Shown one piece after another: positions 48,191-61,800 of a stretch of 64,000 bases of DNA; the stretch's first letter is position 1; each line of letters starts with the position of its first letter. The DNA lies in assembly GCA_013239625.1 (NCBI GenBank), contig MU054049.1, positions 2,297,892 to 2,361,891 of the forward strand, written 5' to 3'. Origin of the DNA: Lama guanicoe. Its lineage: Eukaryota. The notes below the pieces were generated by a model. The model ran no database searches and had not been told where the DNA came from. It was given only the letters and a program-made list of their open reading frames with translations. Made by a program: the position numbers and the translations under genes.

Positions 48191-51100
48191 GAGAGGCTGC
48201 AATGTTTTCCAAATGAATTTGGCAATAAAAGAAACACCCTTTAAAGGAAATATTACTTTAGGATTTGTTAAATTAACGTCTGTATTTTATGACCCCTTTT
48301 GAACAAAAAACTGCTACTTTAGCAAATATAATTTTAAAAAATGTCCAGGTTTGCCTAACTTTCAGGTGGGAATGATTGCCCCCTACATTTTCCCCAGGAA
48401 ATCTTATCTTCCCATTGGACCCACCTCTGATTTTAGAGCAGAATTCAACAGAGATAAATAGCATGGAAATACAGACATTACAGGCATCAGTTACAATAAG
48501 GAGGAAATGAGTTTAAAAATTTCCAAGAAGATCCGAGGGTTTGGGCAGAATTTGTAAAGTCAAGCGGGGAGAATCCTGTCTTCTACGAGTGCTTTGGTGA
48601 CGTGGAGCCAACCTGCGTCTGAGCTGGGGTGGCAGCAAGAGGACATGGGGGCTTCTTCCCACACAAAACTCATGGCTTGGGCTTCCAAAGTCATGAGAAT
48701 GAGCTCCCCCCAGGCTCCCTCCTCTTTGTGCCTTCATCTCCCATCTCTCGCTCCCTCACAGCCTCCGAGGGTCCCACCCACCTCCCTCTTCCTCCACAGG
48801 AACTCCACCCCATCCATCATCAGCCCATCTTTTCTCTCCAGCCTCCTGCTCTACATCTCAGGGTCCTGCTCTTCCCTTGTCTTCACCGCCAGCTCTTTCA
48901 AGGAGCTGCCATATACGTCATTTCATCTGACCTCAAACAAGCAGTGGGTGGTCGGTCTGGAGGGCCAGGAGCGGAGCATGGGAGGCGTCACTGCCCTCAG
49001 GCCACACTCCTCTCCCTGAGCCCCCCAACAAAGCCTCTGTCTGAACCTCGACTCCCTCTCCCCTGTCCCTTGCATGGCTCTCAATGGTCCCTGAGGCCCC
49101 TCTACTTAGCCCTGAGCCTGCATGTCCCTCTCCCGCTTTGCCACCAGAGGCTGCATCGGGCCCTCAATTTCAATGTGCCCCCAAACTGGACTCATCTCTG
49201 CCACCCCCACCCCTTCTGGTGCAGTTTTCATGTTAACAGCCACCCCCGTTTCCCTACAAGCCAGACGTACAACAGCAAGGATGTCCTGGGTTCTCCGCTC
49301 AGCCTCTCCCTGTTTTGACCCGAATTCCAACCGGATCCCAGGGCCATCCACACCACGTCACGCAGTCCTTCCTCCTATCCTGTTCCCTGTTTCTTTGTTC
49401 AGCCTCTTCCTCTCCCCTGGGCACTCTCCTCTGACCCCCCAAAATGGCCAGGTCAAGCCTCTGCAATGCGGCTGACCTCTCTCTCCCCGCTTTTCACTGA
49501 ACACTGCAAATCCAGACCCCAGGGAGAAGGAAGCCTCTTCAAAGAGCTGCCCTGACCCGATCGCATCTGATGGAGAAACACACGGTGGGTGAGGGTCCGA
49601 GTACCCTGGTCTAGCTCAACGCTGGCCACCTCTCCCAGTTCACCCCACTTCTGCATTGTTCTGCTCTACTGGGAAGGAAGCGCTTTCTCAATTCTCTTTA
49701 AAGAGGACGTTCCCCGACCAGTCCAGCCACCTCCTGCCATCAGAGCTCCAGGCTGCAGATGGTGAGTGATGAGTAAACCAATCAGCTGCTCCTCCTTTGA
49801 TGCCACCAGAAAATTTCACAACCTACTTGGTTCTGCGAGCAGGTCCGGCCACACCCAACCTTTGTGTGTGATGCTCTCTCCATCAGAGCATCCTTGCCCC
49901 ACTTCTCCAGGTCCCTACTTGTCTGGCCAGTTGCAAGGTCAGGTGCCCTTCTGCTGGGAAGCCTTCCTGGACCCAATACAGAGATAACCCCAGACAGAGT
50001 GAGGACCCTTCTGTGAGCCTGCACTCCTATGAAGGAGCAAGTGCTAGCAGGCGAAGGCGCCCCTGAATGGCCAGCTGGGTCACACCCTATTCATTCTGAC
50101 AGTTTCCTGGTTGGCTTGACCTCATCACCAGAAATAGATGAAGACTAATGCTGGCCTTAGGGAGAAACTTCTCTGTGCAGGGCTGACATATATGTGGTCC
50201 CTTAATATTCGCACAACAACCTAAGTGGGGGCTATGGTCTCATTTTTCAGATGAAGACATTACGGCTCAGAGAAGTTAGACAGCTTCTCTAAGATCACCC
50301 ACCACCAGCCCAGAGCCCTCTCCTGTGCACCCCTCATCTCCCGGTGGGGAGGTGGGGGTGGGGTCCCTCTGAGCTGCTTTCCTGAGCTCCAGTCCCCTTG
50401 ACTTAAGCTGCATCCCCCCTCAAATGCAAAGGCTGCATCTCTTCTCTGCTTCTTAGGACCTCATGGTCCTCAGATCCCCGTGCCAACAGAGCTGGTGCTC
50501 AGCCGACCGCCCAAGCTGGGCTTTGCCAGGAGGGGCTGAGCGCCCATCTCAGGATTCCTTTGCTTGGTTCCTGCCAAACAGTCTGCAGCTCAGGGGGCCA
50601 AGTGACATGGAAGATGGGGAGAAAGATGGGCTATGGTGTCACTGGAGAAATGGTGGCTTGTGTGGCGCAGTATTGGGGAGCCCTGGGGGAGGCCTTACTC
50701 AGACCCAGGGGCTTCTAGGAGCTTCTGGGAGAAGGAGCACCTCACCCAAGTCCTGAAAATTAGTGGGTTGGACTGGGCTAGGAAAAGAGGGGAAGAAAGG
50801 GCATTTGAGGCAGAGGAAACAGCGATGCCAAGACAAGGGGGCACTAGGAAGACCTGCAAACCAGTTCTGGACACACAAGGCTACATGGTCTTGTGCATTG
50901 GGGACCCGAGGGAAGGCTGGGGAGCTGGACTGGGGCGCCTGTAGTTGGGGTCATCGCTGAAGGATTTTAGGTAGGAGAGTCAAAGAATTATATTTGCCTT
51001 GTGGAATAAGCCTCCAACCAACTAGACATGCACTTGAGAATGAACTTCCAGTTGCCCTGTGAGATGGAATGCAGGGAAGCAGGCAGAAAAATGTTCCTGG

Positions 51101-51218
51101 ATGTCCCAAGGAGAGACAACGGAGCTGGGAGAGGAGGACCTGTAACCTGAGACCCCAGGGGATGGACATGACCCCACGGGCACCTGGGTGGAGGATGATG
51201 CCAAGGGAGGCATCTCAC

Positions 51219-51375
51219 CGGTGGTTTCAACACTGCTTGCACGTTGGAATCCCCCAGGGAGCTTTTAAAATATACACACGCCTGTGCTGCAGACGCTGGC
51301 TTAATAGCCTGGCTGGGGTGAGGCAGCGTGGAATCTTAACGTTAAATGTAGAGTTAGGATTGAGAACGGCTGCTC
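51219..51375. mobile_element. MER5A1-like hAT MITE
   Basis: Starts ggtggtttcaacactg...ttggaatcccccagggagcttttaaaa and ends ggattgagaacggctg (terminal inverted repeat-like). Confidence 0.55.
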
Positions 51376-51424
51376 TCGGATGCTGTGAGCCATGATGGTG
51401 ATATATGAGAAGTAACAGGTAATC

Positions 51425-51462
51425 GTGTGTGTGTATGTGTGTGTGTGTTTGTGTGTGTGTGT
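51425..51462. repeat. Interrupted (TG)n microsatellite
   Basis: gtgtgtgtgtatgtgtgtgtgtgtttgtgtgtgtgtgt. Confidence 0.9.
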
Positions 51463-53289
51463 AGAGGGCCTGAGAGGTGGCAACAAAGAGGCCCCTGAAT
51501 GGCCAGCTGGGTTGCACCCTATTCATTCTGACAGTTTACTGTGCACCTATTCTGTGGTGGCTGCTGTGCTAGGTGCCTGAGATTTGAAGATGACAATGAC
51601 CTTAAGAAACACTAAGCAGACATGAGAAAGGCACAGCCTAGTTATCACTCCACCATCTCTTCACCCTCCCACCCCCACCCCTCTACCATCGTCCATCCAT
51701 CTGTCCATTCATCTCTCCACCCATCCCTCCATCATCCATCCCTCCACCATTACCGAGCAGAGGTGGCATTACTCCCCAAAGCAGTCCTATCGTCTCCTCT
51801 GAGATAACATCCCCTCCTCATTGTCTCTCTCTCCTTACCGTCTTCTCTCCAAACTGCCCCTTTCACCAGGGCCTTCTTGTTCCATCCTGGTCTGGGCTCT
51901 GCTCTACTAAAGCCACAAGCCTTTGACTCAGTAACACCCACCTCTGGGTGGGAAGTGAGACACTGAATCGCCCTGATGTTTCCAGGGACCAGAGGTTGGG
52001 TACTGCTGCATCACTCATCCAGTGGTTTGGTTTTAATTGTTCTCTCCAGGCGATCCCAGTTGTAATAGGGGAAAAAAAAATCCCCAGCGTTGGACCCAAA
52101 GAGACCTAGATTCAAATCCTGGTTTTGCCCATTTCTGCCTAACTGACTTGAGGCAAATTCCTTGACCTCGACCCTGAGGCGCCCGAATTCACTCACCTGG
52201 AAATGATCCAGAACGGTCCCTACTTCCCTTGCTGGGAAGGTTCTGTGCAGAAAGCACCCACATGTACAGAATGGCCCTTAGCAGAAGCTGGATAAGCATC
52301 AGGCCTTATCACTGCCCCTCTCCCACTGAGATGCAGCCGCAAGGAGACAATGGCATCTGGTTTTTCCGATGTGAAGGGATTCCCTGCCTTCTTGAGGGGA
52401 ACAGCTCTGCACCTGAGCAAACACTGCCACAGAAACTGGCTGGGTTAGTGCTTATCTACCTGTCTCCCTCCTGGTGATGCCCACACAAGGCCAGGGCCCA
52501 CCCTGGGGGGCTCTCACTCTGGCCATGGGTGGGGGCCTGACACCCCAAGGTACTGAAGCTCCTTGGGGCAGTCTACGCTTGGTCAGGTGGCAGAACCACA
52601 GATTTAGGGTTTGCCAGATTTGCATGATTGTGAGAATTCCCTAAAGCATTCAGAGTACAGATTCAGAGGCTCCTCCACCAGCTCCAGGGTGTGGCTGGGC
52701 TCCACGTTGGTAACAAGCACCCATGGCATCTTTGAAAACCATGCAGTAGTTCAACCACCAAGAAGTACAGAGCTCGGGTCTCTGCCATTTCTCAGCAGGG
52801 GCTGCTGGACAAGGTATTTGACTTCCTTTTTTCCCAGAATCCTCCACTGCCGATAGGGACAGGAACCGTGCCTGCCTCCTGAGATTGTCGTGACAGATGG
52901 ACAGGGATGGGTGTGAGCGACCAGCACAGGCCTGTTGCCATGACTACTGCAGCGCCCTGCCAGCTAGGTGACAGCCTGGACACTGTCTGCCCTTGAACTG
53001 GCCGGAGGGAGGATGAGCCGTGGTTGGAGATGGGGTATCCACTGTAAAGACCTCCACTCTGGACGGAGGACATAACTGTGTTTGGTACGTGGAGTCCTCC
53101 AGGTTGTAACATTGTTTAGAAGCAGGTTCCCCTGCGACTGCGCATTTAGGATCCATGCTGCGGCCAAGATACAATCAAACGATTTGGGAAGAGTTGCCCA
53201 GTGGAGCTCCTCCCCCAGCCCCAGGCTCCCCGAGGAGAGGAGTGAGGGTCCCACCTCCGGCCCCAGGCGCTGAGTTCACTCGCACTTAC

Positions 53290-53412
53290 GCTTTGGAGTA
53301 GTTCAGAACGAAGTCCACTCCTTTCTCACTATCGAACTGGATGTCTCGGGGTAAATCCCTGTGGCATTTGGCGTCGATACTCAGCGGGAAACCAGGGTTC
53401 CATTCCATCCAT
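53290..53412 (-). CDS. ALOX5: ALOX5 exon 4
   Basis: Encodes [41 protein letters not shown]. Junctions cag|a ... gc|gtaagt; 123 nt. Confidence 0.96.
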
Positions 53413-54752
53413 CTGAGTATGAGAAAGAAGAAAACTGGGTGAAATGCGTGGCCCTGGAGTTGGCCCCTCAGGCTTAAAGTTGCCCGTGTGGTCTGAGGAT
53501 GTGCCCGCCATGGAGTCACCGCGTTGTAACCGAGTGTGTGTCCAGCAAGGTACTGGGATGCCTCCCAAAGCCTGGGGGCACCCCACTTTGCTGTGCCCTG
53601 AGCATTGCAGCGGGCAGACCGAGACCCCTTAACTTGAGGCCGGGCTTCTGGCAGGGGGATGGTGAACGGTAGGCATGCGCCGGTGCGAGCAGACAGCATC
53701 GCAAGACCCCATTTATTTGAGGTGTCGTGCAAGGGCAATGTCTCCCCAGCACAGATCTGCCTTGGCAATTACTGGAGATAGAAGTAGTTGAGGCTGCCCC
53801 ACCACACCTGATCTGGACATGCAATCTCCCACCAGCTGTCAGCACCCTTGCATTGTGTGTAGTGGACTGGGGGTGGGGTGGGGGTGTACAGTGCGCATGC
53901 GTTCCCACAGGGTGCGCAGGGCAGCAGGGCAGTTGGGCGGGGACCTCCAGGCACAGACCGCTGCCAATTGCCAGTTTAGAGGTTGTTACAATCAAAATAG
54001 CTCCCATCAGAGACAGGCCGTGCACTCTCTGGCCAAAATGTTTAGAGCCTGGAGTCCTGGAAACTTATCCTGCATCGCTGGGCATTTACGGCTTTGTTTG
54101 TTTGTTTTCACTTTTTTTTATTTACTGCCAAACCCAACCAAACCAAAACCCTGTTTGTTTCTTTAGTGCAGGGAGAATGATCTTATATTTGTTTAAAAAT
54201 GAAAATTTACGTTCACGGATTTCAGCTTTTCCATTTGTATTTGTAGTTCTGTCCTTTTTCATCTCTTATGGGAGGGAAGTGAAACACTAAGAGTTTAGAT
54301 CATTAAAAAGTCTTGAGGACCTTTAATACCATCTTGTGCTTTTCCCGTCACAAGAATTCCCACTGTTTTTCGAGGTGTCCTGTTGGCCCAGTAAGCCTTT
54401 CCTTAGGATCATTAAAGGTGAACAGGACCTAGATATGATCACCTTTAGAGCAAACGCATTTTGAAAAGCGTTTTCTATTATAGCATCTTACATTCCTCAC
54501 TGTTGGTTTAGTTACAATGCTCTTTTTTCCTACACACTAAGAAAATGTTCTATTTATGTTGATTGTATTAACATCAATGCTGGAACATTAACAAGGATAA
54601 AAATGTGGATGAAGGCACAAATATCAACTATTGTTTTCCCTTTGTTTTAGAAAACAATTCCAGGCATCTCCAACAGATGTCTAAAATCAAGGCAGTCATC
54701 TGCGAGCCCCACTAGTATTAACTGTCAGTTAACTATCATTAGTCAAATCAAT

Positions 54753-54880
54753 ATTTTTTAACCTTTTTTTTTTTTTTTGTACTTTTTTCCCCCTTAACAG
54801 AGGCACTGGGGCACTGAGGATTGAACCCAGGACCTCGTGCATGCCAAGCATGCACTCCACCACTGAGCTATACCCCCCCA
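54753..54880 (-). mobile_element. tRNA-derived SINE (Vic-1-like)
   Basis: Minus strand gggggtatagctcagtggtggagtgcatgcttggcatgcacgaggtcctgggttcaatcc followed by polyA; short flanking aatcaat repeat. Confidence 0.85.
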
Positions 54881-55639
54881 CAATCAATTTAAATATTACT
54901 AACCATTTTCTCCTGGCCACTGGGAAGCCCAGGGGCTGTAATGAATTTTAAGAGCTGAACGGAGCTGGATATTTTTCAGTGTGTAAACCTGAGCCCAGGG
55001 AGGAAAGCTGTGCCAGCGAACGCATGCACATTTTCTTAAGCGGAGAGTTTACTTGGAGCACCTTTCTACCACCTTCCTGCCAATCCCCCAGCCTCCTGAG
55101 GGTGGCAGCACCTATGAGCGTTAAGTGGCTGGCCTCGGGTGCTCAGGAGATGGTGGCCTCTCAGCGCGTGGGGACAGTATAGTTTGCCAGCTGGCTTGTC
55201 ACTGGCAGCTGAAACCACACACCTATGTCCTTTCCCCTGCAGGCACTGTTGCCTGTGAACCAGACAGGCTGACGTACACAGGGGCCAGAGGTCTTCACAC
55301 CCACTGATAAAGAAAAAAGAAAAAAATCACACTCCCCTGGGGAAGACCAATTTGAACAGCCAGGTAGCAGGAAGGAAGCAGAAAAGGCATTTAATTTCTT
55401 AAAAAAAAAGAGAGAGAGAGAGAGAGAAGGCTTAGAGAGATGCAACTGGAATGTAAAAAGACTTTCTGCAAACACAAAACATGATTTCTGAATTGAAAAT
55501 TCCAGAGAAAAACAGAAAAAGAGCGTAACAGTTACTGTGAGATCTGACTGGTCTCTTGGAACAAAATCTGTTCATTTCATAACTAATTACTGAGCACCTG
55601 CTATGTGCCAGACACTGCCCTGGGCAAAATGGAATAAAA

Positions 55640-58600
55640 TGTAACACGAACACACAAAGAAACGGAAGCTACGGATGAAACCCTGGGAGACGCGAAAACA
55701 AAATCAAAGAAATAGAAAAAAAACTTCCTTAGGCTGAAGGGACCTCAAGGTTCTGACTAAATCCTAGGCAGGAAAAAAGAAAAGAAAAAAGGCACTCCTA
55801 GATCTGTACTGGTTAAATTATAAAATGTCGAAGAGGAGAATGTGGGGGTGGGAGGGAAGCGGGGGGAAGGGAAAGAGAGAAGGGCGGGGAGAGTCTCACA
55901 GAAACTCACAAGCTTCCGGGAAGAGAAAAATAACCAAACCATTATTAGGTTTCTCATTTGTCCTACTGAACACGGGCATAAAGAGCGTTTACAGACTTTT
56001 TTTCTTTTTTTAGATCATCATTTAAGCATCTTGTATCAAGTCAAGGAATAAGTGAAGGCAAGAGAAATATTTTGGGGGCGGTGCACAAGTACGGATTCAG
56101 GCATTATATTATCCACATATGCTTTCTGAGGAAATTAGCAAGTTCAGGCAAACAAAAATGACATTAGAATGAACGAAGAAGTTTCTAAATATTGTGACCA
56201 GTGGTCATCAGAAAACAACAGCAAATATATTAAACAAACAAAAATATCAAGGGTATTTTCTCAAGTCAAGACCCAGAGAGGATGCTCATCCTTGTTACTG
56301 TTACTTGTTTGAGGAATAAGAAAAAATTAGCAGGGATGTAAATAAAGTAACCTAAAAGACAAAAGCACCATCATTTACATAATATGATTTAATAACTAGG
56401 TAACTAAAAACACTCACTTAAAATAATTGGAGCCAACAAATAGTTTATTAAGATATCAATACAAAGTAAATATTAAAAAACAAGAATTTATCTTTATTCC
56501 AGCAATACTTATTTCCAAATGGAAAAAAATATCCCACTTAAGAATGGTAAAAGCTATAGTTTCTCTTGGTGTAAAGTCACTGGAAAGGTGAAAGAACTTC
56601 ATGAAGAAAACTAAAAATCTTACTGAAAGACATCACATAAGATCTAAATTGGTGGAAAGATGGACTATCGCTAAGATGCCAGTTAGTACAGGACACATTT
56701 ACATGTAACTCATAGCAATTCTCATCATGAAAAACTTGAAAAAGAACAGCGAGATAACGAAACTATTAGCATTTACTCGAAAGTTCTGATAACCAAAAGA
56801 AGGCACTGGGCCATGGAGTAGAAAAACAGACCAAAGAAAACATGTGAATATAATACAAAACTAGCTAATATTTTATCCAGTGCTTCCTTTCTGTCAAATA
56901 CTAGGCTGTGCATTTTCATGGTTTAAACTATTTCATTCTCTCAAGAAGCCCCATGAGATAGTACTATTATTTCCCCCATTTTACAGATGAGGGAATTGGG
57001 GCACAGAGAGATGAAACAACTTTCACAGGACTTGGAGTAAGTGGAAGTACACGGGAGCTGAGCGCAGGCATCAGCTTCAGGGCCCACGCACGTTGCTGCC
57101 GCCCAGCACCAGCTGTGTGTGCCCTGAGTGTCATCCTAAAGCAGTGGGAAGAAATGTACTATGTAATAAACGATACCAGGGACATATCACTCATATGTGG
57201 AATGTAAAAAAGAAAAAAAAAAGAGGACACTAATGAACTCATCTACAAAACAGATACAGATTCGCAGACATAGTAAACAATCTTATGGTTACAGGGCGGG
57301 GGAAGAGGGTGGGAAGGGATAAATTGGGTGTTTTGAGATTTGCAAATGTTAGCCACTATGCATGAAAATAGATATAAAACATAAATTCTTTCTGTATAGC
57401 ACAGGAAATTATATTCAATATCTTGTAATAACCTTTAATGAAAAAGAATATGAAAATGAATATATGTATATATGCATGACTGGGGCATTATGCTGTATAC
57501 CAGAAACTGACACATTGCAACTGACTATACTTCAATTAAATAAATAAGTAAATAAAAATTTTAAAAATACATGGCAAATGAATTAAAGGCCTAAAATTTA
57601 AAAATTATACAAATATTAGACAAAAATATGAGTATTTATGTAACATTGGGGTGAGAGGGCCTTCTTAAGCAAAGCTGGAAACCCAAAAGTTATAAAGGAA
57701 AGAGAATACACTCAGTAAAGGAAATAAAGACCTAAAATCTGTGACAAAATTGACGAAGACAAATGATATACATTATAAATATATTATAAGGATATTACCC
57801 TAATATATAAAGAGTTCCTTTAGATTAATAAGTCTACAGAAAAATAAAGCATGTAAATAGGCAACTCAAAGATGAGGCAATGCAGAGAGGCTTAACTCAG
57901 CAGAGGTCTGGGGCATGCAGATTAAGACAGCCACAGGGTCTCACTTAAGGATTTCTGGACTGTCAAAAATTTAAAAGAGCGATGTCATCAGGTATTGGCG
58001 AAGATATGGGTAAAAGTATATTTTCATATGGCCATTGGTGGGATCAAAAATTGCTATACAGTTTTGGGAAGGGAATTGTCTCAGTATTTCTTAAAATAAA
58101 AAATGATGATTTGACCCAGCAATATGAGTTCTGGAAATTAATCTGACAGGAGTGAAAGTACGAGTACATCAGTTAGGGGGAGGGTACAGCTCAGTGGTAG
58201 TGTCTGCTTAGCACATACGAGGTCCCGGGTTCAATCCCCAGCCCCTCCATTTAAATAAACAAACAAACCTAATTACCTCACCTCCCACAAAGAAAACAAG
58301 AATCAAAGAAATATTAAAAATTAAAAAAAAATTTTTTAAAAAGCACCAGTACATCAAGATGTTTGTACAAGGTTGTTTCTTGCAGTACTGTTTTTAATAC
58401 CAAAACCAAATACACAAATGGAAAACAAGCTAGAAGTCTATTAATAGGAAGACAGTTGAATAAGTTCTGGTACTATCACATTAAAGCAAGAAATACGTGG
58501 CATTTGAAGAACAAGGGAAACCATGAGAGGCTACTTCACACACATTAGACTGACAAGAAAGAACATGTTTTGAGGTACAAGGTGGGTCAATGATGCTGCA

Positions 58601-58960
58601 GAGAAATAGCAACTCAGAAACAGCTTCTAGGGCTGACATTGGCAGACTCCTTTGGAAAACAGTTAGCACTATGTAGAAAACAATGTGTGGTCTGTAACAT
58701 TGTGTGTCTACTTCTAGGGATGCTCCCTAGAGTCACTCGTATTTCACAAGAGCACCAGGAGACCAGATGTAGGAGGAAGCTCCTGGCAGTGCTACATGTA
58801 ACAGACAAAAATTAAAGCCCCGCCCACACATCCACCAGCAGGGGAGCCTGTGAACACGGTGTTTTATGCACACAATATACAGAAGCTGAAATGAAAGGAC
58901 GGCATCTATCTGAGTCAACTGGATGCTCTTCAAAACAGAATGATGAGTGAAAAAAACAGT
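55640..58960 (+). mobile_element. Patchwork of old L1 fragments, with a MIR (~56890-57090), a younger L1 3' end (~57180-57560) and a SINE inserted
   Basis: A-rich L1 ORF1/ORF2-like sequence. The younger 3'UTR reads atatcactcatatgtggaat...actgactatacttcaattaaataaat. MIR core cccattttacagatgagggaattgg. Confidence 0.7.
58172..58339 (+). mobile_element. tRNA-derived SINE (Vic-1-like)
   Basis: gggggagggtacagctcagtggtag...gggttcaatcccc plus an A-rich tail. 17-bp TSD with 2 mismatches at 58155-58171 and 58340-58356. Confidence 0.88.
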
Positions 58961-59479
58961 AAGCCAAAGAACGATTAGATTAAGTGATGTAGATTAACCC
59001 CACCACACTATCCATTCTGTGCATGCATGTGTGTGTCTGTGTGTACTGCACAGGTATACACAGTCACAGTGAGGGAACACGGGTACTGGGTTATGACCTG
59101 TGTTAGTTTCTCCATCTCCTTGCCTGGCTGGTTGAGTGACGAGGGCCAGCCGGACTTGCTGTCTTCTGACATACTGGAGACTATTCTTGGTCCTTAATTT
59201 CCATCCAAACTCTAATCTGGAAGCCTGAGCGTTCCTGTGAAAGAGGAACTCTAAGAATATGCAGACTGTGCAAAGTTCAGTGTTTCCTGAATGGAAGCAG
59301 AGAAGGAGGTCTGAAAAGGGCAGATGAGTAGAAGGAGGAAGGAAAAAATGACGCTTAGATCTAAGAAAGGGACAGACTATCTCACCAGAAAACCCTCTGC
59401 CCTATCTCCCTAGACCTTGCCAAAAGCCCCATCCATGTAAAACAAACACATCACTGAATCCACTTCTCCCTGGGAAAAG

Positions 59480-59752
59480 GGTGTTTCCCAAAGTGTGCTG
59501 CACAGAGCACTCATTCTGCAGGACTTTAAGAATCGTACATCAAATTCTCTTGGGAAACACTTGGTTAAAAAAATTACCTGGGGTCCATTACCCCAGAACT
59601 TCAGAATCCTCACTGCTTATATGCATTGTGAACCTACCTCTAGGAAGGGGATGTGATGAACAGTTTCACAAACTTGTTTTACCATGGGACCCTTTTTCTG
59701 GGGAGAAAGTTTTGGGACCAATGCTCCAGGACACACTTTGGAAAATACTGGG
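59480..59752. mobile_element. hAT/Charlie-type MITE
   Basis: Terminal inverted repeats gtgtttcccaaagtgtg and cacactttggaaaatac. Confidence 0.55.
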
Positions 59753-60209
59753 TTAAGACAAAATGCCTCTAAGACTGATTTTAATTTATCAGCCATTCAC
59801 ATCTTAGTCTGAATTAGTGTGGAACTGTTAAGACTTGCTGTCCACTCTCTTAACAGGACACAAACTAGCCTGATCCTCTGGTAGCTGTCTAACATCACCA
59901 CAGTCTAGGACTCCTTCTTTTCACAAGGCCAGAAGCACATGGGGTACTCACTGGAGGGGCTTTGCCATGGGTGGTTGAAGTAGGGAGGAAAGTCAAGGAG
60001 GGGACATATGAGCACCAACCCTTTAGGACTCTTGGACAACACCTTGTGCACTGTCCCAGGTACCACAGTCTCCAAATACATCATATGGTGCCTGAGCTGA
60101 GAGCTTACCCACAAATACTCTACAACAAATTGCAAATTCATAGATCCTTAACATTACCCAGTAGCATCAGATTAATCTCCCAAACCTGGCACTAAAAACA
60201 TAAAAGTTT

Positions 60210-61800
60210 CACTAAAAATTTTTATTGTGAAATAGGCTATGCAAATGTATGTATGCAATATATGTATATATGCACACAAATACTCACACATGCAGAGAAG
60301 TGCACAAAACATCTGTACAATCAACAGCCAGATGAAAAATCAGAACATCACCAGTACCCTCAGTCCCCCTGCCCACTCAGCCTCCCTGTTTTCTCACCTT
60401 TGTGATACTTACTTTCCCTTCTATTGTTTATTATCCCACTGCTACACAAGTTTGCCTAAACGATATAATTCCAAACTTTATGGACTGGCCAGACCCGGGT
60501 CTGACTTCTGTTCTTCAGCACCGGATTTGTGAGGTTCATCCGCGTTGCCCTGAGTCCCAGCAGTTTGTTGCTCTTCCTTGCAGGGGAGATTTATGATAAT
60601 TTATTTATCTGGTCTACTGTTGATGGATGTTGGGTGGCTTCCATTTTTGGGCTCTCATAAAATCACACTGTCGTGAATATCTCTGGACACGTATCCAGGT
60701 GCACAGGCATGTGGATTTGGATCCAGGAGGAGAATTTCTGGGCCATTGATTAGAAGGTAACTTCAGTTTCACCAGATGTTACAAAATTGTGTTCTACAGA
60801 GGTTGTCAGCAGTGCCTGAGCCTTTCCACCCCTCCACACCATCTTTAACACTTGGGTATTGTTTTAATTTTTTTAAATTTTATTTTGTTGAGTTATAGTC
60901 AGTTTACAATGCTGTGTCAATTTCCCACGTAGAGCACAATGTTTCAGTTATACATGAGCATACATATATTAATTGTCACATTCTTTTTCACCATGAGCTA
61001 CCACAAGATCTTGTATATATTTCCCTGTGCTATACACAGGTACTAGAATAGATAACACTCCAGTATTGTGACGTTGTTTCAGTTTTGCCCATCTAGGGTG
61101 TGTGGGGGGGAGGGGGGCATAGTAGCAGCAGCTCATATGAATGAGGCTGATGGAGGAGGGCACAGCTCAGGGGTAGAGCACGTGCTTAGCAAGCACAAGG
61201 TCCTGGGTTCAATCCCTAGTACTGCCAGTAAAATAAATATATATAAACTGAAGAAAGCTAAGCAGCTTTTTATACACTTGCTACTTGTATTTTGTATGGT
61301 GACCGGAGTGCCCATTTTCCTACAGAATTGACAATCCTCACAGATTTTGTTTTTGTAGGGGGTCCTTGATATATCATGAATAATAATTCCTGTCCATCAC
61401 TCTGTGAGCTGTCTTCTCACTCTCTTTGTGGTGCCTCGTAGCAAAGAGAAGTTCCTCATTTCGAGACAGGTGAGCTCACTCTTTTCCTTTATGATTAGTG
61501 TGTTCTGAGTCTTGTTTGAAAAATCTATTTTTTTTCCTTGAGGTCATGATGAAGAATCTTCTATAAGGTTTTGCCTTCTGAATAGACACTTAAGTCTATT
61601 CAATCCAAAAATGAGTTTTCTCAGTGACATGAGGTAGAGTCCAATTGCTTCTTTTTTTTTTTCCTTCTCCGCCTCCCCTACCCCACTTCTGTACTGATGC
61701 CCAATAGCCCCACACTGCTCACTGTCAGCACCTTCGTAATATATCAAGTGTCCACAGGTGTGTGGCTCTGTTTCCCATTTTTCATTCTGTTTTATGGAAA
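60210..61800 (-). mobile_element. Old L1 (L1ME-like) fragments with a younger L1 3' end (~60870-61040) and a SINE inserted
   Basis: Contains atttatttatctggtctactgttgatggatgttggg and ttgagttatagtcagtttacaatgctgtgtca motifs. Confidence 0.65.
61152..61245 (+). mobile_element. tRNA-derived SINE (Vic-1-like), short tail
   Basis: ggagggcacagctcaggggtagagcacgtgcttagcaagcacaaggtcctgggttcaatccc. Confidence 0.8.

Larger units (their letters stand above)
50059..51537. repeat. 47-bp dispersed direct repeat (copies at 50059-50105 and 51491-51537)
   Basis: gcccctgaatggccagctgggt[ca/tg]caccctattcattctgacagttt; 45 of 47 bases identical. Confidence 0.92.
29818..53412 (-). other. ALOX5: ALOX5 gene, exons 4-14, 5'-partial (exons 1-3 lie beyond the window end)
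   Basis: Eleven exons of 123, 107, 173, 147, 204, 87, 179, 122, 101, 171 and 180 nt join in frame. Iron ligands HxxxxH (exon 8), QHAAVN (exon 12) and the C-terminal SVAI are present. Specificity residues F360, A411, A425/N426 and A604 (Met-included human numbering) match a 5S-lipoxygenase. Confidence 0.98.
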
